Assembly (NCBI GenBank): GCA_964619955.1
Contig: CAZUJF010000002.1
Location: 8,155 to 72,154, forward strand
Reading direction: 5' to 3'
Origin: an uncultured Planctomycetales bacterium
GTDB taxonomy: Bacteria > Planctomycetota > MHYJ01 > JACPRB01
Length of the DNA stretch: 64,000 nucleotides
Part shown: piece by piece, positions 54,791 through 64,000 of the stretch
How the letters are laid out: each line of letters begins with the position of its first letter
Position numbering within the stretch: the first letter of the stretch is position 1
Made by a program: the position numbers and the translations under genes
The notes under the pieces: model-generated
Told to the model about the DNA's origin: nothing
Database searches by the model: none
What the model saw: only the letters and a program-made list of their open reading frames with translations

Positions 54791-56527
54791 GTGTTCAACA
54801 AGTACTACCAGGACGAGCTGGCCTACCTGCGGGAGCTCGGGCAGGAGTTCGCCCGGGCCAATCCCGAGGGCGCCCATTTCATCGGCGAGCCCGCCAGCGA
54901 CCCCGACGTGGAGCGCCTGCTCGAGGGGTTCGCGTTCCTCACGGCCCGCATCCGGCAGAAACTCGACGACGAGGTCCCCGAGCTCACGCACGCGCTCCTG
55001 GAGATGTTCTGGCCGCATTACCTCCGCCCCCTGCCCTCGCTGACCATCATGCAGTTCGAGGCGCTTCCGCAGGCGGCGAAGGAGACGCGGACGATCCCCC
55101 GGGGGACCGAGCTGCAGTCGGTGCCCGTGGACGGCACCCCCTGCCGCTTCCGCACCACGGCGGAGGCGGTGCTGCAGCCGCTGGCCGTGGAGGCCGTCGC
55201 CCTGCGCACCGAGCAGCCTCCGCGCCTGTCGGTCCGCTTCCGTCTTCCCGAGGGCGTCCCGCCCGCGAAGCTCGGGCCGGGCCCGATCCGGCTCCACCTC
55301 GCCGGGGACGCGACGGCCTCCCGGGCGCTGTATCTCTGCCTGACGCACCACCTGAAGAGGATCTCCGCGCAGGCCGCGGGCGGCCCGGCGGTCCCGCTCC
55401 CGGGGGCCTCCGTGAAACCCGCGGGCTTCGCCGACGGGGAGTACATCCTCCCCTATTCCGCGGCGTCCTTTTCAGGCTTCCGGCACCTGCAGGAATACTT
55501 CGCGTACCCCGCCAAGTTCATGTTCGTCGACGTGGCGGGCCTCGGGGGCCTTTCCGCCCTGGGCGCCGCGACCTCCTTCGAGCTTCATTTCGAGCTGTCC
55601 CGCCTGCCGGAGAAGATGCCCCCGGTCGGCACCGCGAACGTGCTGCTGCACTGCGCCCCCGCGGTCAACCTCTTCCCCCACGACGCCGATCCGGTGAGGC
55701 TCGACCACACCCGGACGGAGTACAAGGTCCGCCCCTCGGGCGGCGACACCACGCACTTCGAGATCTACTCGATCGAGAAGGTGTCCGGCGTGGCGCGGGG
55801 CACCGGGCGCTCCCGCGACTACCTGCCCTTCTACCGCTTCGCCCGCCCCAAGGGCTCCGAGGCCCTCTACTACCGGCACCGTCTCGAGCCCGCGGTGGCG
55901 TCCGACGGCACCGAGCTCTTCATCGAGCCGATGCCCGCGGAGGGCTCCGCCGAGGCGCCCGACATCGAGGTGCTCTCCCTCGACCTCACCTGCACGAACC
56001 GGCAGCTGCCCTCGAAGCTCCGCGTGGGCGACGTCAACGTCCCGACCAGCGCCTCGCCGACCTTCGTGCGCTTCAAGAACCTCACCCGGCCGACCGTGTC
56101 CGTCGCGCCGCCGCTCACGGGGGACGCGCTGCTGCGGCTCCTGTCCCACCTCGCGCTGAACTACCTCACGCTGACGGACATCGAGGCCTTCCGCACGATG
56201 CTCTCGCTCTACAACTTCCGCGCGCGGGTGGACCGCCAGGCGGAGAACGCGCAGAAGCTGCTGCTCGAGGGGATCCGCAAGCTGTCCTCCGAGCCCACCA
56301 CGCGCCTCGTGCGCGGGCACCCCGTGCGCGGCGTCTCGGTGGAGATCGAGGTGGACGAGGACCAGCTCGGCGGCGAGGGCGAGGCGTGGCTCTTCGGCTC
56401 GGTGCTCGACGAATTCTTCTCGCAGTACGTGTCGCTCAACGCCTTCAGCCGCCTCACGATGAAGGGGCTCAAATACGGGGAGGTCTGCTCGTGGCCGGCG
56501 AGGACCGGGGACCGGATCCTGCTGTAA
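54791..56527 (+). CDS. tssF: T6SS baseplate subunit TssF
   Basis: N-terminal FNKYYQDELAYLRELGQEFA hallmark. 578 aa. GTG start. Confidence 0.9.
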   Translation: MFNKYYQDELAYLRELGQEFARANPEGAHFIGEPASDPDVERLLEGFAFLTARIRQKLDDEVPELTHALLEMFWPHYLRPLPSLTIMQFEALPQAAKETRTIPRGTELQSVPVDGTPCRFRTTAEAVLQPLAVEAVALRTEQPPRLSVRFRLPEGVPPAKLGPGPIRLHLAGDATASRALYLCLTHHLKRISAQAAGGPAVPLPGASVKPAGFADGEYILPYSAASFSGFRHLQEYFAYPAKFMFVDVAGLGGLSALGAATSFELHFELSRLPEKMPPVGTANVLLHCAPAVNLFPHDADPVRLDHTRTEYKVRPSGGDTTHFEIYSIEKVSGVARGTGRSRDYLPFYRFARPKGSEALYYRHRLEPAVASDGTELFIEPMPAEGSAEAPDIEVLSLDLTCTNRQLPSKLRVGDVNVPTSASPTFVRFKNLTRPTVSVAPPLTGDALLRLLSHLALNYLTLTDIEAFRTMLSLYNFRARVDRQAENAQKLLLEGIRKLSSEPTTRLVRGHPVRGVSVEIEVDEDQLGGEGEAWLFGSVLDEFFSQYVSLNAFSRLTMKGLKYGEVCSWPARTGDRILL

Positions 56528-57546
56528 GCGCGAGGCTCCTCAGGGAGGGCTTCCGCTTCAGCTTCTTCCAGGCGGTGCGCCTGCTTCAGGTCTCGCGCCC
56601 TGACGCGGCCCTCGTGGGCCGGCAGGGCCCGGTGGACCGGGAGATCCTCCGCTTCCGCCCGGAGCTCGGGCTGGGCTTCCCCGCGTCCGACGTCGCCGGC
56701 ATCCGGGAGGCGCCCTCGCCGTCGGAGCTGCCCCGCTACGAGATCGCCACGACGTTCATGGGCCTCTACGGGCCGTCCTCCCCGCTGCCCTCGTATTTCA
56801 CCGAGGAGCTGATCCACGCCGAGCAGGACGACGAATGCCTCCAGCGGGAGTTCCTCGACATCTTCCACCACCGGGCGATCTCGCTGTTCTACCGGGCCTG
56901 GGAGAAATACCGCTACTCGGTGGGGTTCCGGAACGACGGCTCCGACCCCGAGTCGCGCCGCCTGCTGGCGCTGCTCGGCGGGGCGGCGCTGCCGGCGGAC
57001 CACCACGTGCCCGCCGTCCGCCTGCTCGGCTTCGCCGGGCTCCTGACGCAGGTGCCCCGCTCGGCCGCCAGCCTGCGCGGCCTGCTCGCCGGATATTTCG
57101 AGGGCGTGCCCGTCCGGGTGGAGCCCTTCGCCGGACGCTGGGTGGAGATCCCGGAGGACCAGCGCTGCCGGCTCGGGGTCTCCGGCACCACGCTCGGGCT
57201 CGACACGAGCCTCGGCGACCGCGTCTACGACCTCGCCGCGACGTTCCGCGTGGAACTGGGCCCGCTGGGCCGCGAGGACTTCATGGCATTCCTCCCCTCC
57301 GGCGATAGAATGCCGGAGCTTCGGGAGCTGGTGGACCTGGTCAACGGGGACGGCCTCGACTACGAGATCGAGCTGATCCTGCGGGACGCGGAGGTCCCGG
57401 CGCTCCAGTTGTGCGGACCGACGGCCCGCCTGGGCTGGTGCTCCTGGCTGGGGCGGCGGGACGGCATGGACGCGCGTTTCAAGATCTTGGTGAAAGGATG
57501 GCAGCATGGCCGACGTGAACCTCAAGGCGCTGGTCGCACGGCTTGA
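56491..57546 (+). CDS. tssG: T6SS baseplate subunit TssG
   Basis: FRFSFFQAVRLLQ hallmark near the N-terminus. The start is uncertain: GTG at 56491 or ATG at 56386. It overlaps the tssF end. Confidence 0.8.
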   Translation: MAGEDRGPDPAVSARLLREGFRFSFFQAVRLLQVSRPDAALVGRQGPVDREILRFRPELGLGFPASDVAGIREAPSPSELPRYEIATTFMGLYGPSSPLPSYFTEELIHAEQDDECLQREFLDIFHHRAISLFYRAWEKYRYSVGFRNDGSDPESRRLLALLGGAALPADHHVPAVRLLGFAGLLTQVPRSAASLRGLLAGYFEGVPVRVEPFAGRWVEIPEDQRCRLGVSGTTLGLDTSLGDRVYDLAATFRVELGPLGREDFMAFLPSGDRMPELRELVDLVNGDGLDYEIELILRDAEVPALQLCGPTARLGWCSWLGRRDGMDARFKILVKGWQHGRREPQGAGRTA

Positions 57547-60142
57547 CCGCTTCTGCACGCGGTCGCTGGAGGCCGCCGCGGGCCTCTGCATCTCGCGGAC
57601 CCATTACGAGGTCACGCCGGAACACCTGCTGCTCGCGTTCTCCGAGGACGTCACGGCGGACGTCCAGCAGATCTACAAGCACTTCGGCGTGGACGCGGGC
57701 AGGGTCCAGAAGGGCCTCTCGCAGGTCCTGGACACGCTCAAGACGGGCAACGCGGGGCGCCCCGTGTTCTCGCCCCTGCTCGTGGAATGGATCCAGCAGG
57801 GCTGGCTCTGCGCCTCGCTCGATTTCGGCCTCGCGGAGATCCGCTCGGGCGTGATGCTCCAGGCGCTGCTCGCCAACGCGAGCCGCCTGGGGGCGGACGA
57901 GGTCGTGACGCTCCTGGAGGGGATCAACCGCCTCGACCTCAAGGCGAAGTACTCGACGATCATCGCGAACTCCTCGGAGCAGTCGCGCCGCATGGGCGCG
58001 GGGGAGGCCACGAGCGGCGCCGGGGCTGCGTCCGCGGCGCCCACGGGAGAGGGCGCGCTCGCCAAGTTCGCGAACAACTTCACGCAGCAGGCGCGCGACG
58101 GGAAGATCGACCCGGTCTTCGGGCGCGACCGCGAGATCCGCCAGATGATCGACATCCTGGCGCGGCGCCGGAAGAACAATCCCATCTGCGTCGGCGAGCC
58201 GGGGGTCGGCAAGACCGCCGTCGTGGAAGGCCTGGCCCTGAAGGTGGTCGAGGGGGACGTGCCGGACGCGCTCAAGAACGTCGAGGTGCTCGGCCTCGAC
58301 ATCGGCCTGCTGCAGGCCGGCGCGAGCGTGAAGGGCGAGTTCGAGAACCGCCTCAAGGGGGTGATCGAGGAGGTCAAGGCCTCCCCGAAGCCGGTCATCC
58401 TCTTCATCGACGAGGCGCACACGCTGATCGGCGCCGGGGGCGCCGCGGGCGGCGGCGACGCCGCGAACCTGCTCAAGCCCGCGCTCGCGCGCGGCGAGCT
58501 GCGGACGATCGCCGCGACCACCTGGAGCGAGTACAAGAAGTACTTCGAGAAGGACGCCGCCCTCGCACGCCGCTTCCAGCTGGTCAAGCTCGACGAGCCG
58601 GACGAGGCGACGACGGTGACCATGCTCCGCGGTCTGCGCGACCGCTACGAAAAGGCCCACGGGGTCGTGATCCGCGACGAGGCGCTCACCGCGGCCGCCC
58701 AGCTGGGCAGCCGCTACATCGCGGGCCGCCAGCATCCGGACAAGGGCGTGGACCTCATGGACACGAGCGCGGCGCGCGTGAAGATCGCGCTGACGACGAA
58801 GCCTCCCGAAATCCAGGATCTGGACCGCCGGGTGCAGGAGCTCGAGCGCGAGCAGGCGGCCCTGACGCGGGACCGCCAGGGCGGCAACAAGGGCCTCGAC
58901 GAGCGCCTGGCCGAGGCGGCGAAGGAAGTGACGGCGGCGAAGGCGAGGATCGCCGAGCTGACCGCGCGCTGGCAGAAGGAGAAGGCCGCGGTCGAGAAGG
59001 TCCTCGCCGTCCGAAAGAAGATCGACGGGCCCGAGGGGAAGAAGGACGCCGCGAAGCTGGCGCCCGAGCTCGAATCGGCCCTCCTGGCGCTCAAGGAGAT
59101 CCAGGGCCGCGATCCCATGATGTTCGCCGAGGTGACGCCCGAGGTGGTGGCCCGCGTGGTCGCCGACTGGACGGGCATCCCCATCGGGAAGATGGTGCAG
59201 GACCAGGCCCAGGCGCTGCTCACGTTCGAGCAGAACCTGCGGCAGCGCATCAAGGGGCAGGATCACGTCTCCTCGATGGTCGGCACGGGCATCCGCGCCG
59301 CGAAGGCGGGCCTCAAGAACCCGCGCACGCCCATGGGCGTCTTCCTCTTCGTCGGCCCCTCGGGCGTCGGCAAGACCGAGACGGCCCTCGGCGTGGCGGA
59401 CCTGCTCTTCGGCGGCGAGCGCTTCCTCACGGTCATCAACATGTCGGAGTTCCAGGAGAAGCACACGGTTTCCCGGCTCATCGGCTCGCCCCCGGGCTAC
59501 GTCGGTTACGGCGAGGGCGGCGTGCTCACCGAGGCGGTGCGGCAGAAGCCGTATTCCGTCGTGCTCCTGGACGAATGCGAGAAGGCCGACCCGGAGGTCC
59601 TCAACCTCTTCTACCAGGTCTTCGACAAGGGCATGCTGTCGGACGGCGAGGGCCGCGAGGTCGACTTCAAGGACACCGTCCTCTTCCTCACGAGCAACCT
59701 GGCGACGGACCTCATCATGCAGAGCGTCGCGGACGGCTCGCGGCCGCCGATGGAGGATCTCATCGCGCTGATCCGTCCGGCGCTCTCGAAGCACTTCAAG
59801 CCCGCGCTGCTGGCGCGCATGACGATCATCCCCTTCTACCCCATCGGGCAGGACGCGCTGAAGGAGATCACCCGGCTCAAGCTCGGGCAGCTCGAGAAGC
59901 GGCTCAAGCAGAACCACAAGATGGCGATGGACGTGGACCCGAAGGTCGTCGACGCGATCGCCGAGCGCTGCACCGAGGTGGAGACCGGCGCGCGCAACGT
60001 GGACCACATCATCTCGGGCACGCTGCTGCCGAAGATCTCGAACGAGATCCTCCAGCAGATGGCCACGGGGACGATGCCGGACCGGATCTCGGTGACGCTG
60101 GACGCCAAGGGCGATTTCGGGTTCGCCTTCTCGAAGAAGTAG
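57506..60142 (+). CDS. clpV: T6SS AAA+ ATPase ClpV (TssH)
   Basis: N-domain LKALVARLD...CR..LE.AA, followed by two AAA modules (GEPGVGKTA, GPSGVGKTE). 878 aa. Confidence 0.95.
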   Translation: MADVNLKALVARLDRFCTRSLEAAAGLCISRTHYEVTPEHLLLAFSEDVTADVQQIYKHFGVDAGRVQKGLSQVLDTLKTGNAGRPVFSPLLVEWIQQGWLCASLDFGLAEIRSGVMLQALLANASRLGADEVVTLLEGINRLDLKAKYSTIIANSSEQSRRMGAGEATSGAGAASAAPTGEGALAKFANNFTQQARDGKIDPVFGRDREIRQMIDILARRRKNNPICVGEPGVGKTAVVEGLALKVVEGDVPDALKNVEVLGLDIGLLQAGASVKGEFENRLKGVIEEVKASPKPVILFIDEAHTLIGAGGAAGGGDAANLLKPALARGELRTIAATTWSEYKKYFEKDAALARRFQLVKLDEPDEATTVTMLRGLRDRYEKAHGVVIRDEALTAAAQLGSRYIAGRQHPDKGVDLMDTSAARVKIALTTKPPEIQDLDRRVQELEREQAALTRDRQGGNKGLDERLAEAAKEVTAAKARIAELTARWQKEKAAVEKVLAVRKKIDGPEGKKDAAKLAPELESALLALKEIQGRDPMMFAEVTPEVVARVVADWTGIPIGKMVQDQAQALLTFEQNLRQRIKGQDHVSSMVGTGIRAAKAGLKNPRTPMGVFLFVGPSGVGKTETALGVADLLFGGERFLTVINMSEFQEKHTVSRLIGSPPGYVGYGEGGVLTEAVRQKPYSVVLLDECEKADPEVLNLFYQVFDKGMLSDGEGREVDFKDTVLFLTSNLATDLIMQSVADGSRPPMEDLIALIRPALSKHFKPALLARMTIIPFYPIGQDALKEITRLKLGQLEKRLKQNHKMAMDVDPKVVDAIAERCTEVETGARNVDHIISGTLLPKISNEILQQMATGTMPDRISVTLDAKGDFGFAFSKK

Positions 60143-60160
60143 GGGCCGCGGCGGAAAGCC

Positions 60161-61186
60161 CTACTTGACGAGCCCGTGCAGGGTCTTCGCCAGGCCGAAC
60201 TTCTCCCACTTGCTGTTCACCGAGTTCTTGAATTTCTCGAAGCGGCCCAGACCCCGGAATTTCCAGACGTTCGTCGAGAGGCCGTTGAGCTTCAACCTCG
60301 AGCCGCGGATGAGCTTGCCCGCGTGATTCTGGACGTACTCCAGGTCCGGGCGGATCTGCTCGATCTTCGTCATCCAGCCGGGCAGGCCGATGTCCGCGAT
60401 CATGAAGGACAGCAGGTCGCTGGTGTTCGACTCCGTGAGCAGGTAGGCGCCGAGGATGGGCGAGTCCTTGAAGACGTCGACGTTGAGCTTGTCCGCGTTC
60501 TTCAGGGCGTCGTTGCCGTCGAGCATCTCGTGGATGTCGCGCGCCCAGAGGTAGAGCGACTGGCAGAGGTTCGCGATCGTCTTGGCTGCCCCGGCGACCG
60601 GGCCCGAGATGGCCCCGCCGTCCACGAAGAACATGCCCGCCGTGGTGGCGGCGTGCGCGGCGTTGATCGAGCCCTTCACCAGGTTCTCGTTCCGCGCGCG
60701 GTCGAGCATCTCGCGGATCGCCCCGCAGGCGGCGAGCGGATCGCCCGACCGCACCACCGCGGACTTGTTCTTCACCTGGTGCTCCTGCCAGGCGCGGCGC
60801 GCGGCCTGGCCGAAATAGCGGACCGCCTGGGCGCCGCTCTCGATGGAGCCCAGGCAGGGGACGGCGCTGATGAAACACTGCACTTCCTTCAGGATCTGGC
60901 TGAAGGCGGGCCCGAGGAGCGGCGCGTACTGGGTCCAGTCGCCGTTGAAGAGGTCCTTCAGCAGGCTTTCCGCCTGGGCCTTGGCGAGGGGGCCGCCGAT
61001 CTTGCCGAGCGATTTCTCGACGTCCTTGACCGCGTCGATGAGGTTGCCCGACTGCTTGACGTGATCCAGAGTGCTGATGCTCAGGGAGCAGCCGCCGAAG
61101 GTCTCCTGCAGCAGCTCCCGCCGCGCCCTGGCCAGCTCGGCCATGGCCTTGAATTCGCCCATGCTGAGTCCGGGCATGATCGGCAC
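60161..61186 (-). CDS. hypothetical protein between clpV and vgrG, on the opposite strand
   Basis: 341-aa ORF with no signal peptide and no recognised motif, convergent with clpV. Confidence 0.5.
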   Translation of the reverse strand: MPIMPGLSMGEFKAMAELARARRELLQETFGGCSLSISTLDHVKQSGNLIDAVKDVEKSLGKIGGPLAKAQAESLLKDLFNGDWTQYAPLLGPAFSQILKEVQCFISAVPCLGSIESGAQAVRYFGQAARRAWQEHQVKNKSAVVRSGDPLAACGAIREMLDRARNENLVKGSINAAHAATTAGMFFVDGGAISGPVAGAAKTIANLCQSLYLWARDIHEMLDGNDALKNADKLNVDVFKDSPILGAYLLTESNTSDLLSFMIADIGLPGWMTKIEQIRPDLEYVQNHAGKLIRGSRLKLNGLSTNVWKFRGLGRFEKFKNSVNSKWEKFGLAKTLHGLVK

Positions 61187-61408
61187 CCTTTCATTCGTCC
61201 CGGCGGCGCGTGGTTCGATGGACTTGATTCCGCAACTTGCCCGCAGCGGCGGGCGGCTGCGGAATCATAGGTGACTCACCACGGGCCGGGACCCGGAGAG
61301 CGTACTTCATGGGCCGTGCCCCGGCAAGCCTCGTCGCGTTTATCCGGTCACGCCGGCCCGCCGATGACCGTCGTATTCAAGTGTTCCGCGGAGGGCGGGA
61401 CCATTCGT

Positions 61409-61436
61409 TTGACAGCGTCCCCCTGCGGGGTAGGAT
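61409..61436 (+). promoter_or_regulatory. sigma-70-like promoter candidate TTGACA-N16-TAGGAT upstream of vgrG
   Basis: Read from the sequence, ~25 nt upstream of the SD GGAGG and the ATG at 61460. Confidence 0.35.
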
Positions 61437-61459
61437 GCTCGCAACACGGAGGTTGAACC

Positions 61460-63880
61460 ATGGCTGAGGTGACCCGGACCTTCCATTTCCACAGCGACGC
61501 GGTCCCCGACGAGACGTTCATGGTCTCGGGCATGAAGGGGGTCGAGGAGCTCAACCGGCCCTACGAGTTCCAGATCGAGCTGGTCTCGAAGAAGGCGGAC
61601 GTCGATCTCGAGAAGGTCCTGAAGAACAAGGCCCATCTCGCCGTGCGGCAGACCATCCCCCTGAGCGGGGGAAAGCAGGGCACCCGCCTCTACAAGATCC
61701 ACGGGATCGTGTCCTCCATCGAGGTGCTGGAACAGGCCCGCGAATTCGTCCATTACCGCGTCCAGCTGCAGCCGCGCCTCTGGAAACTCTCGCTCACCAC
61801 GCAGAGCCGCGTCTTCCAGGACATGAAGATCGGGGACCTGATCAAGGAGGTCCTCACGAAGGCGGAAGGCGCGGGGCTCTCGACCCAGGATTTCGACCTC
61901 AAGCTCAACGCCGACTACGTGAAACGCGAGTTCGTCGTCCAGTACAACGAATCGGACCTGGACTTCCTCCACCGCTGGTGCGAGCACGAGGGCGTCTATT
62001 ACTACTTCGAGCAGACGGAGAACGGCGAGAAGCTCGTGTTCGGCGACGCCACGGCGGGCTACGCGAAGCTGCCGGGCGACCCGAAGATCCCCTACCGGCC
62101 CGTGCCGGAGGGGCGCAGCAAGGCCTCGGGGGCGATGAACGAGGAGACCCTCCAGGAGCAGTCCGTCTTCGCCTTCCGCTGCCGCTGGACGAAGACGCCG
62201 CAGAAGGTGATCCTGAAGGACTACAACTACCGCACCCCCTCCGTCGACGTGAAGGCCGAGGCCGCCGTCGAGAACCCGGCCGGCGACGGCAAGGTCTTCA
62301 TGTACGGGGAGCATTTCAAGACGCCCGCGGAGGGAGGCGCCATCGCCAAGGTCCGCGCGGAGGCCTTCCAGTGCCGCGACAAGGTCTTCGAGGGCACGGG
62401 CGACCACCGCTCCTTCCGTCCGGGCACCGTCTTCACGCTCTCCGAGCATTTCCGCGCCGACTTCAACGCCGCCTACTGCATCACCCGGGTCTCGCACAAA
62501 CTCGTGCAGGGCACCACGGCGTCGCTGGGCGGCGGCGGCCAGGCGACCTACGAGAACGAGTTCGCCTGCTTCCCCTCGGCCGACGTCTTCCGCCCCGAGC
62601 GCACGACCCCGTGGCCCTCGATCTACGGATTCATGAACGCCAGGGTCGATGCGGGCGGCAGCGGCGAGTACGCGGAGATCGACGACCAGGGACGCTACAA
62701 GATCAAGCTGCCCTTCGACCTCTCCGACAAGAAGGACGGCAAGGCCTCCCGCTACCTGCGCATGGCGCAGCCCTATGCGGGGGCGAACATGGGCATGCAC
62801 TTCCCCCTCCACAAGGGCACCGAGGTCCTGCTCGGCTTCGTGGACGGCGACGTGGACCGCCCCATCATCGCGTCGGCCATCCCCAACGCCGAGACCGGCG
62901 GGCCCGTCGCCTCCGGGAACCAGACCCAGTGCGCCATCGCCACCGGCGGCGGCAGCCGGATGGTGGTCGAGGACACCGACGGCAGCCAGCGCATCCACCT
63001 CTCCACCCCCACGCAGACCACGTTCCTCCAGATCGGCGCGAAGACCGACGGCGGCGGCGGCAGCACCGGCGCCGCGGGCTGCTCGGGCGCGGCCGCGCCG
63101 GGCTCCGAGGACGGCGTCAGCATGGGCACCGAGGCCGACATCACGTTCCAGAGCGCGCGGGACTACGTGCACAGCACCGGCCGCGACGTCAGCATCCAGA
63201 CGGCCGGCAACTCGCACACGATCACCAAGGGCGACAGCTCGTCGGAGACGCACGGCAACACCAAGACCTGGACGAAGGGCAACACGGACTCCGAAACCAT
63301 CGGCAACAGCACCTCCAAGGTCACGGGCAATTCGGAAAGCGACGTCACCGGGAATTCGAAGAGCACCGTCGTGGGCAACTCCACGAGCAAGGTCGTCGGC
63401 GACACGGATTCGACCTTCGTGGGCAAATCGATCTCGAAGTCGATGGCCATCACGGAAGAGCTCTTCATGGGAAACAAGAATTCCCAGAGCCTTGCGGTCA
63501 CGACGGAGCTCTTCGTCGGCGCCAAGATGTCCTCCACGATGGCGGCGGTCATGGAGGCCAACAAGGGCCCCAAGGTCACGATCTGCGACGTGACGAACCT
63601 CAAGACGGCCGCCCAGAAGCTCGAGGAGGTCACCGGCCCCAATGAAATCAAGGGCGGCACGATCACGATCGACGCCACCACCGCGATGACGCTGGAGGGC
63701 GGGACGTCCATCACGATCAAGTGCGGCCCCAGCGAGATCAAGATCGGCCCCTCGGGGATCGAGATCAAGGGCCCGCAGATCAAGTTCGACGCCTCGGGCA
63801 TGCTCGAGGCGAAATCCGGCGGCGTCGTGAAGATCCAGGGCTCCGCGCTCGACGTGAACGGCCAGGCGCTTCACAAATAG
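61460..63880 (+). CDS. vgrG: T6SS spike protein VgrG (TssI)
   Basis: 806 aa. N-terminal gp27-like region (NRPYEFQIELVS, RVSHKLVQG), gp5-like OB fold, and C-terminal beta-helix repeats GNSTSKVTGNSESDVTGNSKSTVVGNS. Confidence 0.95.
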   Translation: MAEVTRTFHFHSDAVPDETFMVSGMKGVEELNRPYEFQIELVSKKADVDLEKVLKNKAHLAVRQTIPLSGGKQGTRLYKIHGIVSSIEVLEQAREFVHYRVQLQPRLWKLSLTTQSRVFQDMKIGDLIKEVLTKAEGAGLSTQDFDLKLNADYVKREFVVQYNESDLDFLHRWCEHEGVYYYFEQTENGEKLVFGDATAGYAKLPGDPKIPYRPVPEGRSKASGAMNEETLQEQSVFAFRCRWTKTPQKVILKDYNYRTPSVDVKAEAAVENPAGDGKVFMYGEHFKTPAEGGAIAKVRAEAFQCRDKVFEGTGDHRSFRPGTVFTLSEHFRADFNAAYCITRVSHKLVQGTTASLGGGGQATYENEFACFPSADVFRPERTTPWPSIYGFMNARVDAGGSGEYAEIDDQGRYKIKLPFDLSDKKDGKASRYLRMAQPYAGANMGMHFPLHKGTEVLLGFVDGDVDRPIIASAIPNAETGGPVASGNQTQCAIATGGGSRMVVEDTDGSQRIHLSTPTQTTFLQIGAKTDGGGGSTGAAGCSGAAAPGSEDGVSMGTEADITFQSARDYVHSTGRDVSIQTAGNSHTITKGDSSSETHGNTKTWTKGNTDSETIGNSTSKVTGNSESDVTGNSKSTVVGNSTSKVVGDTDSTFVGKSISKSMAITEELFMGNKNSQSLAVTTELFVGAKMSSTMAAVMEANKGPKVTICDVTNLKTAAQKLEEVTGPNEIKGGTITIDATTAMTLEGGTSITIKCGPSEIKIGPSGIEIKGPQIKFDASGMLEAKSGGVVKIQGSALDVNGQALHK

Positions 63881-63886
63881 CGTCCG

Positions 63887-64000
63887 ATGGAGATCGTCAA
63901 CGCCACGCCCTGGCCCTTCGCGGTGCTTCCCGGAAAAGTGCGCTCGCAGGGGTGGACCGCCTCGCTGGTGGCGAAGGCGTCGTTCGCGCTGAAGCCCGGC
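63887..64000 (+). CDS. DUF2169-family T6SS adaptor protein (3'-truncated at window edge)
   Basis: ATG at 63887. MEIVNATPWPFAVLPGKVRSQGW matches the conserved DUF2169 N-terminus. No stop before the window end, so it is absent from the ORF track. Confidence 0.6.
   Translation, partial: MEIVNATPWPFAVLPGKVRSQGWTASLVAKASFALKPG

Noticed and set aside
63000-63500. Ser/Thr/Gly/Asn-rich periodic sequence at the VgrG C-terminus, a possible tandem DNA repeat.
   Set aside because: The periodicity is at the protein level (GNS-S-V-G beta-helix rungs typical of VgrG/gp5). The DNA repeats are not identical.
1-64000. CRISPR arrays, rRNA genes, transposase or integrase genes.
   Set aside because: None are present. 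The only short regular repeats are the VgrG beta-helix coding repeats and Gly-rich linkers, which are protein-coding, not CRISPR.

Overview
This is a high-GC (~68-70%) bacterial chromosomal window; several secreted HEAT-repeat and lipoprotein genes look Planctomycetota-like. The first ~30 kb is mostly housekeeping or ordinary genes. These are a truncated FmdB zinc-ribbon gene, a PAP2 phosphatase, rsmE, a MoxR-DUF58-DUF4129 operon, two tandem secreted HEAT-repeat paralogs, a histidine kinase with a sigma-54-dependent response regulator, a DAGK-family kinase, an orphan DPPY DNA methyltransferase, nth, purC, ruvC, GTP-PEPCK, a branched-chain amino-acid ABC transporter (LivKHM-G-F) whose LivG ATPase carries a ~330-aa insertion, and gatCA. 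At ~30.1 kb a type-II tRNA-Leu(UAA) sits inside a nest of palindromes. It is followed by a low-GC lipoprotein islet and two degenerate copies of a ~100-bp repeat that contains a tRNA-3'-end-like fragment, which suggests old integration scars. From ~36.7 kb to the window end lies a complete type VI secretion system. It comprises fha, tssJ, tssK, tssL, tssM, tagF, tssA, tssB, tssC, hcp, tssE, tssF, tssG, clpV, vgrG and the start of a DUF2169 adaptor gene. The most unusual features are two divergently transcribed genes that each encode a fused, truncated TssB-TssC-like sheath paralog. In addition, a cytoplasmic kinase-fold protein with degenerate catalytic motifs and zinc-ribbon insertions is translationally coupled to the FHA gene. 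Many long ORFs in the track, mostly on the opposite strand of real genes, are high-GC read-through artifacts and were not annotated.
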